Positions 28,739 to 39,330 are shown, numbered from the stretch's first letter. The stretch: DNA of 64,000 bases from Eubacteriales bacterium (GCA_045597125.1 JAZODR010000031.1:40836-104835); one strand, 5' to 3'. A program made the numbers and translations. The notes: generated by a model not told the origin, from the sequence alone.

Positions 28739-29761
28739 ATGAATAACGAGTTTTTTGACGCATTGGAAGCATTGGAAAGGGAGAAGGGAATTCCCAAGGA
28801 GTTTATGCTGGAGAGGGTGGAAGCCGCTCTTTTGGCAGGCTATAAAAAAGAGAACAACAACGAATCCAATGTTCGTGTTGTCATCGACCCCGTAAAGCGC
28901 AACGTGAAGATGTATCGCTTGATGACGGTAGTAGAAGAGGTGCAGGATCCCGCTTGCGAATTGACTTTGGAGGATGCCCGCAAGAAGTCCAAGCGCGCTA
29001 AGATCGGCGATGTTCAGGAGTATGAATTCAAGCCCAAGAATTTTGGTAGAATTCCCGCGCAGAATGCAAAGCAGGTTATTGTGCAGGGCATTCGTGAAGC
29101 AGAGCGTGGAAGACTGATTGAGGAATATGAGAAAAAGACGGAGGGAATCATTACCGGTACCGTTATGATTATCGAGAGACTTACCGGCAATGTGATTCTG
29201 GAGTTCGAAAATACACAGGCAACTCTGACCCGTACCGAACAGCTTCCTACCGATCGTTTTAAGGTAGGGGATCATGTGAAGGTGTATGTTTGCGAGGTAA
29301 AGAAGGAATCCAGAAATCCTATTATCGTTCTTTCTCGTACTCACCCCAATTTTATTAAGCGTATGTTTGAGACCGAAGTGCCTGAGATTCAGGACGGCAC
29401 CGTGATTATCCACGGCATTGCCAGAGAAGCGGGTAGCCGTACGAAGGTTGCCGTTTATTCCCGCGATGAGAATGTTGATCCCATCGGTAGCTGTATCGGT
29501 TTGAAGGGAATGAGAAAGGCAGCCATTTTGAAGGAAGCGCCCGGCGAAAAGATTGACCTGATTCAGTACAGTGAGGACCCCGCAGAGTTTATCTCGGCTT
29601 CTCTGGCTCCCGCAACCGTTCTCTCTGTTGATGTAAATGATGATAAGACCTGTCAAGTATCCGTGGCTCCCGATCAGCTTTCTTTGGCAATCGGTAAGGA
29701 AGGCCAGAATGTGCGCCTTGCCGCTAAGATCACCGGTTACAAGATTGATATTAAGGCTTAA
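28739..29761 (+). CDS. nusA: transcription termination/antitermination factor NusA
   Basis: The N-terminus is FFDALEALEREKGI. S1 and two KH domains are present (LSLAIGKEGQNVRLAAKITGYKIDIK). Confidence 0.95.
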   Translation: MNNEFFDALEALEREKGIPKEFMLERVEAALLAGYKKENNNESNVRVVIDPVKRNVKMYRLMTVVEEVQDPACELTLEDARKKSKRAKIGDVQEYEFKPKNFGRIPAQNAKQVIVQGIREAERGRLIEEYEKKTEGIITGTVMIIERLTGNVILEFENTQATLTRTEQLPTDRFKVGDHVKVYVCEVKKESRNPIIVLSRTHPNFIKRMFETEVPEIQDGTVIIHGIAREAGSRTKVAVYSRDENVDPIGSCIGLKGMRKAAILKEAPGEKIDLIQYSEDPAEFISASLAPATVLSVDVNDDKTCQVSVAPDQLSLAIGKEGQNVRLAAKITGYKIDIKA

Positions 29762-29762
29762 A

Positions 29763-30026
29763 ATGGCAGAGAAAAAAGTGCCTTTGCGCCGCTGCGTCGG
29801 TTGCAATGAGCAGAAAAGCAAAAAAGAATTTGTCCGTGTCATCCGTACTCCCGAGGGAGAAATCCTTCTGGATGAAAGCGGAAAGGCAAACGGACGCGGT
29901 GTGTACCTTTGCCCTCAAAAGAGCTGTCTGCAAAAGGCGAGAAAAGCAAAACGTCTGGAGCGGAATCTGAAGGTGGCGATCCCCGATGAGATATGGGCAC
30001 TTCTTGAGGAGAAACTGGAGCAATGA
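29763..30026 (+). CDS. ylxR: YlxR/RnpM family (DUF448) RNA-binding protein
   Basis: VPLRRCVGCNEQKSKKEFVRV...GRGVYLC. Its position between nusA and infB is conserved. Confidence 0.85.
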   Translation: MAEKKVPLRRCVGCNEQKSKKEFVRVIRTPEGEILLDESGKANGRGVYLCPQKSCLQKARKAKRLERNLKVAIPDEIWALLEEKLEQ

Positions 30027-30325
30027 CGGGGATAAAGCTCAGCGGCGCACTCGGTCTTTGCCGACGCGCGGGAAAGGTTACCGTGGGAATTACCCTTGTG
30101 AAGGAACAGCTTCATAAAGGAAAAGCTGCTTTGGTGCTTCTTGCCGCAGATGCGGCAAAGAATACTCAGGAGCGTATCCTACCGTTGGCGGAGCACAAGG
30201 CTGTTCCGGTACGTCGAGTTTGTTTGACGAAAAAGGAACTTGCTCTGGCGGTAGGGAAAAATACAGAGGCGGTTTGTGTTTCTGTTCCCAAGGAATTTGT
30301 GAATTTAGTGTTGGCTTCAATTTGA
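30023..30325 (+). CDS. ylxQ: L7Ae-family ribosome-associated protein YlxQ
   Basis: [13 protein letters not shown]...LVLLAADA. There is an ATGA overlap with ylxR. Confidence 0.8.
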   Translation: MTGIKLSGALGLCRRAGKVTVGITLVKEQLHKGKAALVLLAADAAKNTQERILPLAEHKAVPVRRVCLTKKELALAVGKNTEAVCVSVPKEFVNLVLASI

Positions 30326-30344
30326 AGCCGTTTGGAGGGATTTT

Positions 30345-32891
30345 ATGGCAGATACAGTAAAAATCAGTCAACTTGCGAAAGATCTTGAAATTAAATCCAA
30401 GGATTTGGTTGCGATCTTTGCCGAGCTGGGGATGACCAAGCAGACAGGCGGTACCTTGGAAAAGGATGAGGTCAGCTTCGTTCTTCAAAGCTTGATGGAC
30501 CGCTTTGTTTTTGAGGATATCAACGGCTATATCGACGGAAAATATAAGGTGAAGCTTACTTCGCAGGAGATTGCCGAAATTGAGGCTGTTCGTAAGGCGG
30601 AGGAAGAGCGTCTTGCTGCTGAAAAAAGAGAGGCAGAACGCATTGCCGCCGAAAAAGCAGAGCAAGAGCGTATCGCCCGTGAAAAGGCGGAGGCTGAGCG
30701 TCTTGCCGCTGAAAAGGCAGAAGAAGAAAGAAAGGCTGCAGAAGAAAAACGCAATGCAGAACGCAGAGCCGCTACCGAGCGTGCTGCCGCCGCTGCCAAA
30801 ATTGAGGCAGAAAGAAAGAAAAAGGAAAGGGAAGAGCGTTTTGCTGCCGCTCGTCCCGGCAAGGCTGAAAAGAAAGAGAAAAAGCGCGAAGAAAAAGGAG
30901 ATAAGCGTGCTCCCTCCGCACCTCAGACTCCCGTATTCGACGGCCCTAAGACTGAGTTTGTAGCAAAGAAAAAAGAAACCCGTATCATTGATACGAAAAT
31001 CGTAGATGTGGATCTTTCCAAATACGATGAAAAGAATTATGAGTTTGGTACCGACGCACAGCGTCGTCGTGTACAGCCTCGTCGCCCCCGCAGAAACGAT
31101 AAGAAGAAGCGCGGCAATGAGCCGGTGGTAAGAGCAACTATTCCCACTCAGATTTCTATTCCCGAAACCATTGTGGTTTCCGATCTTGCTAAAGAATTGC
31201 GTGTTACCACTGCAGAGGTTATGAAGAAATTGATGATGATGGGTGCTATGGCAACCGCAAATCAGAGTATTGATTTTGATACTGCAGCTCTTGTTGCCGA
31301 TGAATTTGGAAGCGAAGCAGTACCTCTGAAGGTAGTTACCATTGAGGAAAAACTCATTGACGAGCATACCGACGGTGACGAGGAACTGGAAGCGAGAAGC
31401 CCTGTTGTTGTTGTAATGGGTCATGTTGACCACGGTAAGACCTCCATTCTGGATGCTATTCGCCACGCAAATGTTACTGCAGGTGAGGCAGGCGGTATTA
31501 CGCAGCACATTGGCGCTTACCGTATTGAGATTGACGGGAAACCCATTACTTTCCTGGATACTCCCGGTCATGCTGCTTTTACGGCAATGAGAGCCCGCGG
31601 TGCACAGCTTACGGATATTGCAATTCTCGTAGTTGCCGCAGATGACGGTATTATGCCTCAGACTGTTGAGGCTATCAATCATGCCAAGGCGGCAGGGGTA
31701 TCTATTATTGTTGCCATCAATAAAATGGATAAGCCCGGTGCAAACCCCGATGCGATCAAGCAGGAAATGACCAAATACGATTTGGTTCCCGAGGAATGGG
31801 GCGGTGATGTTATTTGTGTTCCCGTTTCTGCATTGACCAAAAAGGGTATTCCCGATCTTTTGGAAAATGTTCTTCTGGTTGCCGAAATGGCAGATTTGAA
31901 GGCAAATCCCAACCGCGAGGCAAAGGGTGCAGTCATTGAAGCAAAGTTGGATAAAGGCAGAGGCCCTGTTGCGACTGTTTTGGTACAGAACGGTACGCTC
32001 CACGTGGGCGATGTTATCATTGCCGGCGGTGCGGTGGGTAGAGTTCGCGCTATGACCGACGATAAGGGTAGGCAGGTGAAGGAAGCAGGTCCTTCTGTTC
32101 CCGTAGAGATTCTGGGTCTTGATCAGGTTCCCGGTGCAGGTGATATCTTCAATGCTGTCAAGGATGAGAAGATGGCAAGAGAACTTGCCGATCAGAGAAA
32201 AGATAAACAGAAGGAAGAAGAATTCCGTGCTAACAGCAAGGTAAGCCTTGAGGACTTTTTCAATCAGATGAAGGAAGGCGTTCAGAGTCTGAATATCATC
32301 GTCAAGGCAGACGTGCAGGGTAGCGCAGAGGCTGTTAAGGCTTCTCTTGAAAAACTCTCCTGCGAGGAAGTAAAGGTAAAAGTCATTCATGCCGCGGTCG
32401 GTGGTATTACCGAAAACGATGTTATGCTTGCCGCCGCTTCTCAGGCGATTATCGTTGGCTTTAACGTTCGTCCTGACAGAGGTGCTACCGAAAGCGCTGT
32501 GCAGAACGAAGTAGATATCCGTACTTACCGTATCATTTACGAATGCCTGGAAGAGATCGAAAAGGCAATGAAGGGAATGCTTGCACCCACCTTCCGCGAG
32601 AACGTACTGGGTCAGGCAGAGGTCCGTCAGACCATTCGTGTTCCGGGAGTCGGTGTTATTGCAGGTTCTTATGTAATTGACGGTAAGGTAACCCGCAGTA
32701 GTATGATCCGTGTACTCCGTGACAGCGTTGTCATTTTTGAGGACAAAATTTCCTCCCTTAAGCGCTTTAAGGATGATGCCAAGGAAGTTGCACAGGGCTA
32801 CGAGTGCGGTATCGGACTTGAAAAATTCAACGATATCCACGTAGGCGACGTTTTGGAAGCCTACATTATGGAAGAGGTTCAGAATGACTGA
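30345..32891 (+). CDS. infB: translation initiation factor IF-2
   Basis: The G domain has [21 protein letters not shown] and NKMD. The N-terminal region is charged and repetitive. Confidence 0.97.
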   Translation: MADTVKISQLAKDLEIKSKDLVAIFAELGMTKQTGGTLEKDEVSFVLQSLMDRFVFEDINGYIDGKYKVKLTSQEIAEIEAVRKAEEERLAAEKREAERIAAEKAEQERIAREKAEAERLAAEKAEEERKAAEEKRNAERRAATERAAAAAKIEAERKKKEREERFAAARPGKAEKKEKKREEKGDKRAPSAPQTPVFDGPKTEFVAKKKETRIIDTKIVDVDLSKYDEKNYEFGTDAQRRRVQPRRPRRNDKKKRGNEPVVRATIPTQISIPETIVVSDLAKELRVTTAEVMKKLMMMGAMATANQSIDFDTAALVADEFGSEAVPLKVVTIEEKLIDEHTDGDEELEARSPVVVVMGHVDHGKTSILDAIRHANVTAGEAGGITQHIGAYRIEIDGKPITFLDTPGHAAFTAMRARGAQLTDIAILVVAADDGIMPQTVEAINHAKAAGVSIIVAINKMDKPGANPDAIKQEMTKYDLVPEEWGGDVICVPVSALTKKGIPDLLENVLLVAEMADLKANPNREAKGAVIEAKLDKGRGPVATVLVQNGTLHVGDVIIAGGAVGRVRAMTDDKGRQVKEAGPSVPVEILGLDQVPGAGDIFNAVKDEKMARELADQRKDKQKEEEFRANSKVSLEDFFNQMKEGVQSLNIIVKADVQGSAEAVKASLEKLSCEEVKVKVIHAAVGGITENDVMLAAASQAIIVGFNVRPDRGATESAVQNEVDIRTYRIIYECLEEIEKAMKGMLAPTFRENVLGQAEVRQTIRVPGVGVIAGSYVIDGKVTRSSMIRVLRDSVVIFEDKISSLKRFKDDAKEVAQGYECGIGLEKFNDIHVGDVLEAYIMEEVQND
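30591..30770 (+). repeat. six imperfect in-frame 30-nt repeats (10-aa unit EKAEaERiAA) in the IF-2 N-terminal region
   Basis: Units start at 30591, 30621, 30651, 30681, 30711 and 30741. Confidence 0.8.
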
Positions 32892-32910
32892 TCCTTATTG
32901 AAAGGAAATT

Positions 32911-33261
32911 ATGAATCACAGACAGGAACGAGTAAACGATTCCGTTGCACACGAGCTGGGAGAGATTATCCGCGAGGTTAAGGATCCGCGGGTTTCCTCG
33001 GCATTTGTAACCGTGAATGCCGCCCGTGTGACCCCAGACCTTAAATATGCTAAAATTTATTTCGGTATCATTGTGGGTGACCCTGAACAGGTGCAAAAGG
33101 GATTGGAGTGTGCCGCCGGCTTTCTCCGTTCTTCCCTTGCAAAGCGCCTGAACCTTCGTCAGACTCCCGAGCTCAGCTTTATTTACGACAGGTCTGCGGA
33201 GCACGGTGCTCACATTGCTCAGGTTCTGAAGGATTTGAATGTGAATGGAACAGAAAATTGA
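32911..33261 (+). CDS. rbfA: ribosome-binding factor A
   Basis: RVNDSVAHELGEIIREVKDPRV...TPDLKYAKIYF. Confidence 0.9.
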   Translation: MNHRQERVNDSVAHELGEIIREVKDPRVSSAFVTVNAARVTPDLKYAKIYFGIIVGDPEQVQKGLECAAGFLRSSLAKRLNLRQTPELSFIYDRSAEHGAHIAQVLKDLNVNGTEN

Positions 33262-34207
33262 GTTAAGAAAAATCGCTGATATGCTGCTGGAACCCGGTTT
33301 TGACCGGGTTCTGGTGGCTTGCCATCGTTCCCCGGACGGTGATGCCGTAGGATCTTCTTATGCCCTGGCCTACGCCTTGCGCAAATTGGGAAAACAAGCC
33401 CGCGTTTTTTGTCCTGATCCCATTGGGCGTGAGTTTTCTTATTTGACGGAGGTTCAGGAAGGGCTTTTTTCCTTTGAGCCGGAGCATTTCGTTACGGTGG
33501 ATATCGCATCTCCGGAAATGCTTTGCGGCGCGGAATTCGTTTCCCGAATTGAAATGGTAATAGATCATCACAGGATCAATTCCGTGGAGAGTAAAATCAA
33601 GTATGTGGATGCGGGAAAGGCAAGCTGCGGTGAGATTATTTTGCAGCTTTTGCAGGAAATGAAGATCCCCTTTGACCGCTATCTTGCAATGGCACTTTAT
33701 ACCGCCGTCGCTACCGATACGGGGTGTTTCCGTTATTCCAATACCACAGAGGATACCTTCCTTGCAGCCGCTTTTCTTTCCCGTTTTGCTCAGCAAGGTG
33801 ATTTTTATCGCATCAACAAGGCGATGTTTGAAACCAAGTCCGGGCTCCTTCTTTCTTTGGAGAGCTATGCGGCTTCTCATTTTCAAACTGCTTGTAACGG
33901 CGCTTTGGCATATCTGTCTCTTTCCGCAGAAACTCAGAAAAAATTGGGTGTCTCCTACTCTGATCTGGATACGGTCATCAACGTTATCCGCCAATTGGAG
34001 GGTGTGAGAGTGGCAATGGTGGCAAAGGAGCGAGAAAAAGGAACATTTAAAGTTTCCGTACGTAGCGAAGCCGGTTTTGATGCTTCGGATTTTTGCCATG
34101 TTTTTGGCGGAGGTGGCCATATTGCCGCGGCAGGTTGTACCATTGTTGGTACGGAAACGGAAATTATATCAAGTCTTTTGAAGGAAGCCACAAGGAGACT
34201 TTCGTGA
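33245..34207 (+). CDS. nrnA: DHH-family phosphoesterase (oligoribonuclease/pAp phosphatase NrnA-like)
   Basis: CHRSPDGDAVGS, IDHH, TDTGCFRYSN and GGGGHIAAAG (DHHA1) are present. Confidence 0.82.
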   Translation: MEQKIELRKIADMLLEPGFDRVLVACHRSPDGDAVGSSYALAYALRKLGKQARVFCPDPIGREFSYLTEVQEGLFSFEPEHFVTVDIASPEMLCGAEFVSRIEMVIDHHRINSVESKIKYVDAGKASCGEIILQLLQEMKIPFDRYLAMALYTAVATDTGCFRYSNTTEDTFLAAAFLSRFAQQGDFYRINKAMFETKSGLLLSLESYAASHFQTACNGALAYLSLSAETQKKLGVSYSDLDTVINVIRQLEGVRVAMVAKEREKGTFKVSVRSEAGFDASDFCHVFGGGGHIAAAGCTIVGTETEIISSLLKEATRRLS

Positions 34208-35109
34208 AAAGCGGAGTTCTTTGCCTTTATAAAGAAAAGGGATTTACTTCTCATGATGCCGTTGCGCAGGTGCGCCGTCTGTTTGCAACGAAAAAGGTGG
34301 GACATACCGGTACACTGGATCCCCAAGCCACGGGGGTACTTCCCATACTGATCGGCAATGCGGTTAAGGCTTGTGATTTGTTGCCGGACGAAGGGAAAAC
34401 TTATCGAGCCACGGTTCGTTTCGGCTTGGAAACGGATACGGAGGATGTTTGGGGGAAGGTTTTGAGGGAAGATGCGCGTCGTCCCTCTCAATCTGCTTTA
34501 GATAAGGCTGCATCATCGTTTGTTGGTGAATATATGCAAATACCCCCTATGGTTTCCGCTGTAAAGATCGGCGGAAAAAAACTTTATGAATATGCCCGTG
34601 AGGGAAAGGTAATTGACCGTCCTGCCCGCAGGGTTTTCGTACATGAATTTCATCTTTGCGATTATTCTGAAAGGGAAGCGAGCTTTGTGGCACAGGTGTC
34701 TAAGGGCACGTATATCCGAACCCTGCTTACCGATCTTTGTGCGCGTGTGGGTTGCATCGGTGCAATGAGTCAGTTGGAGCGTATCAAAAGCGGTTCTTTT
34801 CTCTTGGAGAACTGTGTAACCCTAAAAGAATTGGAAAAAATGTCCCGGGAGGAGAGGGAAGGGATGCTTGTGGAAACCGAGCATCTGTTTGCCGATTACC
34901 CCATTTGCAATTTGTCTGATTTTTACGGGAAACTCATTGCAAACGGCCAGGCTGTCACTTGCAATAAAGTCGGAATTTTCGACGAAACTGAGGGAAAGCG
35001 TTATCGCTTGTATCGAAACGGTGCATTTTTCGCGTTGGGTCATTTGATTTGTATAGACGGCCAGTTGCGCCTTTTCAAAATTAAGGATTTTCCCGCTGAC
35101 AATTTGTAA
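34204..35109 (+). CDS. truB: tRNA pseudouridine(55) synthase TruB
   Basis: GFTSHDAV...VGHTGTLDPQATGVLPI. The GTG at 34204 overlaps the nrnA TGA (GTGA). Confidence 0.9.
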   Translation: MKSGVLCLYKEKGFTSHDAVAQVRRLFATKKVGHTGTLDPQATGVLPILIGNAVKACDLLPDEGKTYRATVRFGLETDTEDVWGKVLREDARRPSQSALDKAASSFVGEYMQIPPMVSAVKIGGKKLYEYAREGKVIDRPARRVFVHEFHLCDYSEREASFVAQVSKGTYIRTLLTDLCARVGCIGAMSQLERIKSGSFLLENCVTLKELEKMSREEREGMLVETEHLFADYPICNLSDFYGKLIANGQAVTCNKVGIFDETEGKRYRLYRNGAFFALGHLICIDGQLRLFKIKDFPADNL

Positions 35110-35176
35110 AGCCGGTCGAATAGATTCTTTCCTTTGAGGAGAAAATAGTGATATACTATTTTGCTCGGAGGAAATT

Positions 35177-37408
35177 ATGAAAGCTGTTATTTTAGCGGGA
35201 GGGCGAGGAGAACGTCTTCGCCCCATTACTGATTCCAGACCTAAGCCTTTGGTGCCTGTTTTGGCAAGACCTGTGATGGATTATTGTTTGTCTCTTTTGG
35301 CGCATCATGGGGTGACACGCGGGTACGTAACCACCCATTATCTGGCTGATCAGATTCGTCATCGCTATGGAGAGGAATCCTTCGGAATTAGTCTTTCATA
35401 TCATATGGAAAACAGACCGATGGGTACTTGCGGCGGAGTGAAACTTTTGGAAAAGGAACTGCTGTCGGAAGAATTGTTTTTGGTCATGAGCGGAGATGCT
35501 CTTTGTGACTTCGATTTATCGGAGGCCATTCGCTTTCATCGGGAAAAGAGGGCGGATGTAACCGTGATTCTTTCCAGTGTAAAAACACCTTTGGAATACG
35601 GTGTGGTGTTGCAGGATACCTTGAATCGTATTTTTGCATTTTCCGAAAAGCCTGATTGGTCGGAAACTCTTTCGGATCTGGCTAATACAGGCGTATATAT
35701 TTTGTCTCCTAAGGTTCTGGAAAAAGTTCCCGAGGGAGAAAACTTTGATTTTGCACAAGACCTGTTCCCGCTTTTGCTTCGAGAGGGTTATTCTCTCTAT
35801 GGCTATAAGGATCGGGGATATTGGTGTGATATCGGGAAAATCCCGACTCTGTACCGTTGCAATCTGGACGTGTTGCAGGGGAAAGCCAAAACCTATCTGG
35901 ACCCTGTTGGTAAAACCTTCAAAAGTGAAGATGGGGAAGGCTGTTATTTTGTATCTAACAGCGCCGTGGTGGAAGACGGTGCTGAAATTCGGGAAAATAC
36001 CATCGTGTCCCCTGAGGCTTATCTTGCCGAGGGTAGCCGAGCAAGCGGGGCAATTCTGATGGAAAAGACTGAATTGAAAAAAGGCGCTTCAGTTAAGGAT
36101 GCGATTCTTTGTGAGAGGTGTCGTATCGGCGAGGATGCTCAGATCCCGCCGAATGCAGTGTTGGGTGCCGGAAGTGTGGCGGAATCGTCCGCAGCAGCCG
36201 TTTCGGGAAAAAGATATCCTGCTGAATCTCTCCTTTCCCGAAAAATACCCTTTTGTGAGGAAGGGATGGTCTTCACAGAAAAAGGCGCTGCTCGCGGAGA
36301 TTTTCCCGGTCTTGATTATGAGGATGCAAAGAGACTGGGGTTTTCCCTTACCCGTCTGCACGGAGAGAGAATCGGTGTTTTGTGGGATGAAAAGAATCGA
36401 GGAAGCGTCTATTTTGCCACTGCTTTGGCAGGTGGTGTGACCCTTGGCGGAGCACAGGCTCTGATGCTGGACCGGGGCACGGAGGAAATGGCATCCTTTG
36501 CCGCCCAAGTTCTTTCTATTCCCGTAGTATTCGTGTCGTCTATGGGGGATCGGGGAGCATTTTTCGCCTTTGGCAAGGATGGATTTTTGTTCTTGCGGAA
36601 AGAGGTGCTCAAACTTTCTCGTTTTGCAGAAGAGGAGCTGCCTGAAAAGGCGACGGGAAACGTGGTTTATCGGGGAGATATCCGTGATCGTTATCGCAAT
36701 TCTCTGGAACGGAATATGGGTGCTGGAAAGGGAAGACGGATTGGATTTGCGGGACAGTTTACTCCGATTTTAAAGGAGGCTGCCATAAATGCAGGTTTTT
36801 CCGCATACAATGGAAGCAGGGGTGAAGGACTGTCTCTTGAGGTCTTTCACAATGAGGTAAAACTGTTTTTGGACGGCGAGCGACTGGCAGATACGGAAAA
36901 AATTCGTCTTTATATTTTGGAAAAGGAATTGCAGCAAGGAAGACGGCATTTTTCCTTGCCAAGAAATGCACCGCGATTGTTTGCCGAGCATATTTTGGCG
37001 CGTGGCGGCGCAGTGGAACGTTTTTCCGTGCATCCTACCTTGCGTGAGGAGGAGATGCCCAGAAGACAGGCATCTCATGATCGTTGGCTTTATGATAGTG
37101 CCCATCTTGCCGCGCGTTTGCTTTTCCATTTCGCTATGCTGAGAGAAGAGGAGTTTGTTCGCGAGTTGAAAAAGACCCCTGAGGTCTATATTACCAGTCT
37201 TCGGTACGAACCGAAGGAGGACAATAAGGCAAGGCTTCTCGCTCTTTCGGGAAGTATTGCCGATAAAGGAAAGAAAGTCAGACTGGAGTCGGGCTTTTAC
37301 GGAATGAAAATTATATCTGAAGCTACTGCTTTTGAAGCGGCTTTGGACAATGCATTTGAATATAGAGGAAAGTTAAATGAAATCGAAAAAAGACTTGGGA
37401 GAGGGTAA
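35177..37408 (+). CDS. sugar-phosphate nucleotidyltransferase fused to an LbH region and a long phosphomutase-like C-terminal half
   Basis: The N-terminus is MKAVILAGGRGERLRPITDSRPKPLVPV. Hexapeptide repeats span about aa 270-340. The C-terminal ~390 aa lack the TASHNP phosphoserine motif. Confidence 0.7.
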   Translation: MKAVILAGGRGERLRPITDSRPKPLVPVLARPVMDYCLSLLAHHGVTRGYVTTHYLADQIRHRYGEESFGISLSYHMENRPMGTCGGVKLLEKELLSEELFLVMSGDALCDFDLSEAIRFHREKRADVTVILSSVKTPLEYGVVLQDTLNRIFAFSEKPDWSETLSDLANTGVYILSPKVLEKVPEGENFDFAQDLFPLLLREGYSLYGYKDRGYWCDIGKIPTLYRCNLDVLQGKAKTYLDPVGKTFKSEDGEGCYFVSNSAVVEDGAEIRENTIVSPEAYLAEGSRASGAILMEKTELKKGASVKDAILCERCRIGEDAQIPPNAVLGAGSVAESSAAAVSGKRYPAESLLSRKIPFCEEGMVFTEKGAARGDFPGLDYEDAKRLGFSLTRLHGERIGVLWDEKNRGSVYFATALAGGVTLGGAQALMLDRGTEEMASFAAQVLSIPVVFVSSMGDRGAFFAFGKDGFLFLRKEVLKLSRFAEEELPEKATGNVVYRGDIRDRYRNSLERNMGAGKGRRIGFAGQFTPILKEAAINAGFSAYNGSRGEGLSLEVFHNEVKLFLDGERLADTEKIRLYILEKELQQGRRHFSLPRNAPRLFAEHILARGGAVERFSVHPTLREEEMPRRQASHDRWLYDSAHLAARLLFHFAMLREEEFVRELKKTPEVYITSLRYEPKEDNKARLLALSGSIADKGKKVRLESGFYGMKIISEATAFEAALDNAFEYRGKLNEIEKRLGRG

Positions 37409-39326
37409 GGCCCTCCCCGTACATAAGACGAAAAAGAACGAGATGAAAGAACAGAATCAAACCAATAATCGAAAGAAGAAAGCTGCCGGAAATCCTTTCC
37501 GTCGTCATACCAAAAACAAAAAGACTGGGAAGGGGAAACTGACGGTAGAGCAGGAGATCCTTCGTATGAGAGAAGAAGAAAAGAAAAATGCCCCTCGTAA
37601 ACAGCAAAAGCAGGGCTCTTCAACCGTTCCCCAAAAGAAGCCTCGCGCTGCAAGAGATATCGTTAAGGAAAAGCCTGTACGCGTGATTCCCTTGGGCGGG
37701 CTGGGTGAAATCGGCAAGAATATGACCGTAGTAGAGACCGATCGGGATATGATTGTCATTGACTGCGGTATGGGCTTCCCCGATGACGGAATGCCCGGCG
37801 TAGATCTTGTGATTCCCGATACTCAGTATTTGGAGGAGAATATCCACAAACTTCGCGGTATTTTTCTGACCCACGGACATGAGGATCACATTGGAGCCAT
37901 TCCTTATGTTTTGAGAAAGGTGAATGTTCCTCTTTTTGGCACTAAGCTCACCTTGGGCATCGTTGAAAACAAATTGATGGAATTTGGTCTTGATAAATGT
38001 ACCGAGTTGCGCTATGTTGCTGCAGGTAAAACCGTTCGCGCCGGAGAATTTTCCGTGGAATTTGTTCGCGTTAATCACTCCATTGCAGATGCGGTTGCTT
38101 TTGCCATTCGCACCCCTGCGGGAAATATGGTGTTTACCGGAGACTTTAAAATTGATTCCACGCCTATTGATGGAGAAATGACCGATCTGACTCGCTTCGG
38201 CGAACTGGGGAGGGAAGGAGTCACTGCTTTGTTTTGTGATTCTACCAACTGTGAACGCCCCGGCTTTACTCCCAGTGAGCGTACCGTGGGTACCAGTTTG
38301 GAGCATATCTTTCACGAAAATACCAAGCGTGTGGTAGTGGCAACCTTCTCTTCCAATATCCACCGTGTTCAGCAGATTATTGATGCCAGTGTCAAGCATC
38401 ACAGAGCGGTTTGTATTTTGGGAAGAAGTATGATCAATATCGTCAATACTGCTTCCAAACTCGGATATATGAAGATTCCTAAAGGTACGCTGATTGAGCC
38501 TGAGGAGATTCGCAAATTTGCCCCCAGAAACGTGACGTTGATTACCACAGGTAGTCAAGGTGAGGCGATGAGCGCTCTTTCCCGTATGGCCTTTGGAACT
38601 CACGGACAGGTGAAACTTACCCCCGATGATATGGTGGTTATTTCCGCTCATCCCATTCCGGGAAACGAAAAGACCATTACGGGCATTATCAATGAATTGA
38701 TGAAAAAGCAAGTTTCCGTGGTGTATGATCGTATCGCAGAGGTACATGTATCCGGACACGCTTGTCAGGAGGAGATCAAGATGATCTTTGCTTTGACCAA
38801 GCCTCGCTTTTTTATGCCTGTTCACGGGGAATATAAGCATCTGGCACAAAACGCATCTTTGGCTGAGTATGCGGGAATTCCTAAGGAAAACATCTTTATT
38901 TCCGAGATTGGCAAGATTCTGGAATTTTCCGACGGCGGAAAAAATGCTCGCTTTCACGGAAGCGTTCCTGCAGGAATGCTTTTGGTAGACGGTCTTGGTG
39001 TAGGGGATGTGGGAAGTGTGGTTCTCCACGATAGAAAACTTCTTTCTGAGGAAGGTATTATTACCGTGGTTGCCGCGGTGGATTCTTACGGCAAATTCTT
39101 GGTGGGCGACGTGCAGATCATTACTCGCGGTTTTGTTTACGTTCGGGAAAACGAGGATTTGATGGAAGAGATTCGTACCGTAGCACAAAGAGCCTTGGAA
39201 CAGGCATTGGACAACGGTTTGGATTTTGCATCTGTCAAAATGCGCACAAAGGATGAGATTGCCAAATTCCTGTTTGGCAGAATTCGCCGCCGTCCTATGA
39301 TTCTTCCTGTAATCGTAGAAACTTAA
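37377..39326 (+). CDS. rnj: ribonuclease J with a ~100-aa basic N-terminal extension
   Basis: VRVIPLGGLGEIGKNM and the beta-lactamase motif THGHEDHIGA are present, with beta-CASP and C-terminal domains. An AGAGGA Shine-Dalgarno lies 7 nt before the ATG at 37377. Confidence 0.88.
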   Translation: MKSKKDLGEGKALPVHKTKKNEMKEQNQTNNRKKKAAGNPFRRHTKNKKTGKGKLTVEQEILRMREEEKKNAPRKQQKQGSSTVPQKKPRAARDIVKEKPVRVIPLGGLGEIGKNMTVVETDRDMIVIDCGMGFPDDGMPGVDLVIPDTQYLEENIHKLRGIFLTHGHEDHIGAIPYVLRKVNVPLFGTKLTLGIVENKLMEFGLDKCTELRYVAAGKTVRAGEFSVEFVRVNHSIADAVAFAIRTPAGNMVFTGDFKIDSTPIDGEMTDLTRFGELGREGVTALFCDSTNCERPGFTPSERTVGTSLEHIFHENTKRVVVATFSSNIHRVQQIIDASVKHHRAVCILGRSMINIVNTASKLGYMKIPKGTLIEPEEIRKFAPRNVTLITTGSQGEAMSALSRMAFGTHGQVKLTPDDMVVISAHPIPGNEKTITGIINELMKKQVSVVYDRIAEVHVSGHACQEEIKMIFALTKPRFFMPVHGEYKHLAQNASLAEYAGIPKENIFISEIGKILEFSDGGKNARFHGSVPAGMLLVDGLGVGDVGSVVLHDRKLLSEEGIITVVAAVDSYGKFLVGDVQIITRGFVYVRENEDLMEEIRTVAQRALEQALDNGLDFASVKMRTKDEIAKFLFGRIRRRPMILPVIVET

Positions 39327-39330
39327 GATA

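Noticed and set aside
30591-30770. Regularly spaced 30-nt repeats, considered as a possible CRISPR-like array.
   Set aside because: The units are contiguous with no spacers, imperfect, in frame and inside infB. They are a coding tandem repeat.
30090-32840. A 916-aa stop-free ORF on the minus strand opposite infB and ylxQ.
   Set aside because: It is in the same codon phase as infB (both have triplet starts with coordinate mod 3 = 0). Its stops would correspond to sense TTA, CTA or TCA codons, which infB avoids. The translation is low-complexity (runs of F/L/S/C) with no Shine-Dalgarno or promoter. It is a shadow ORF.
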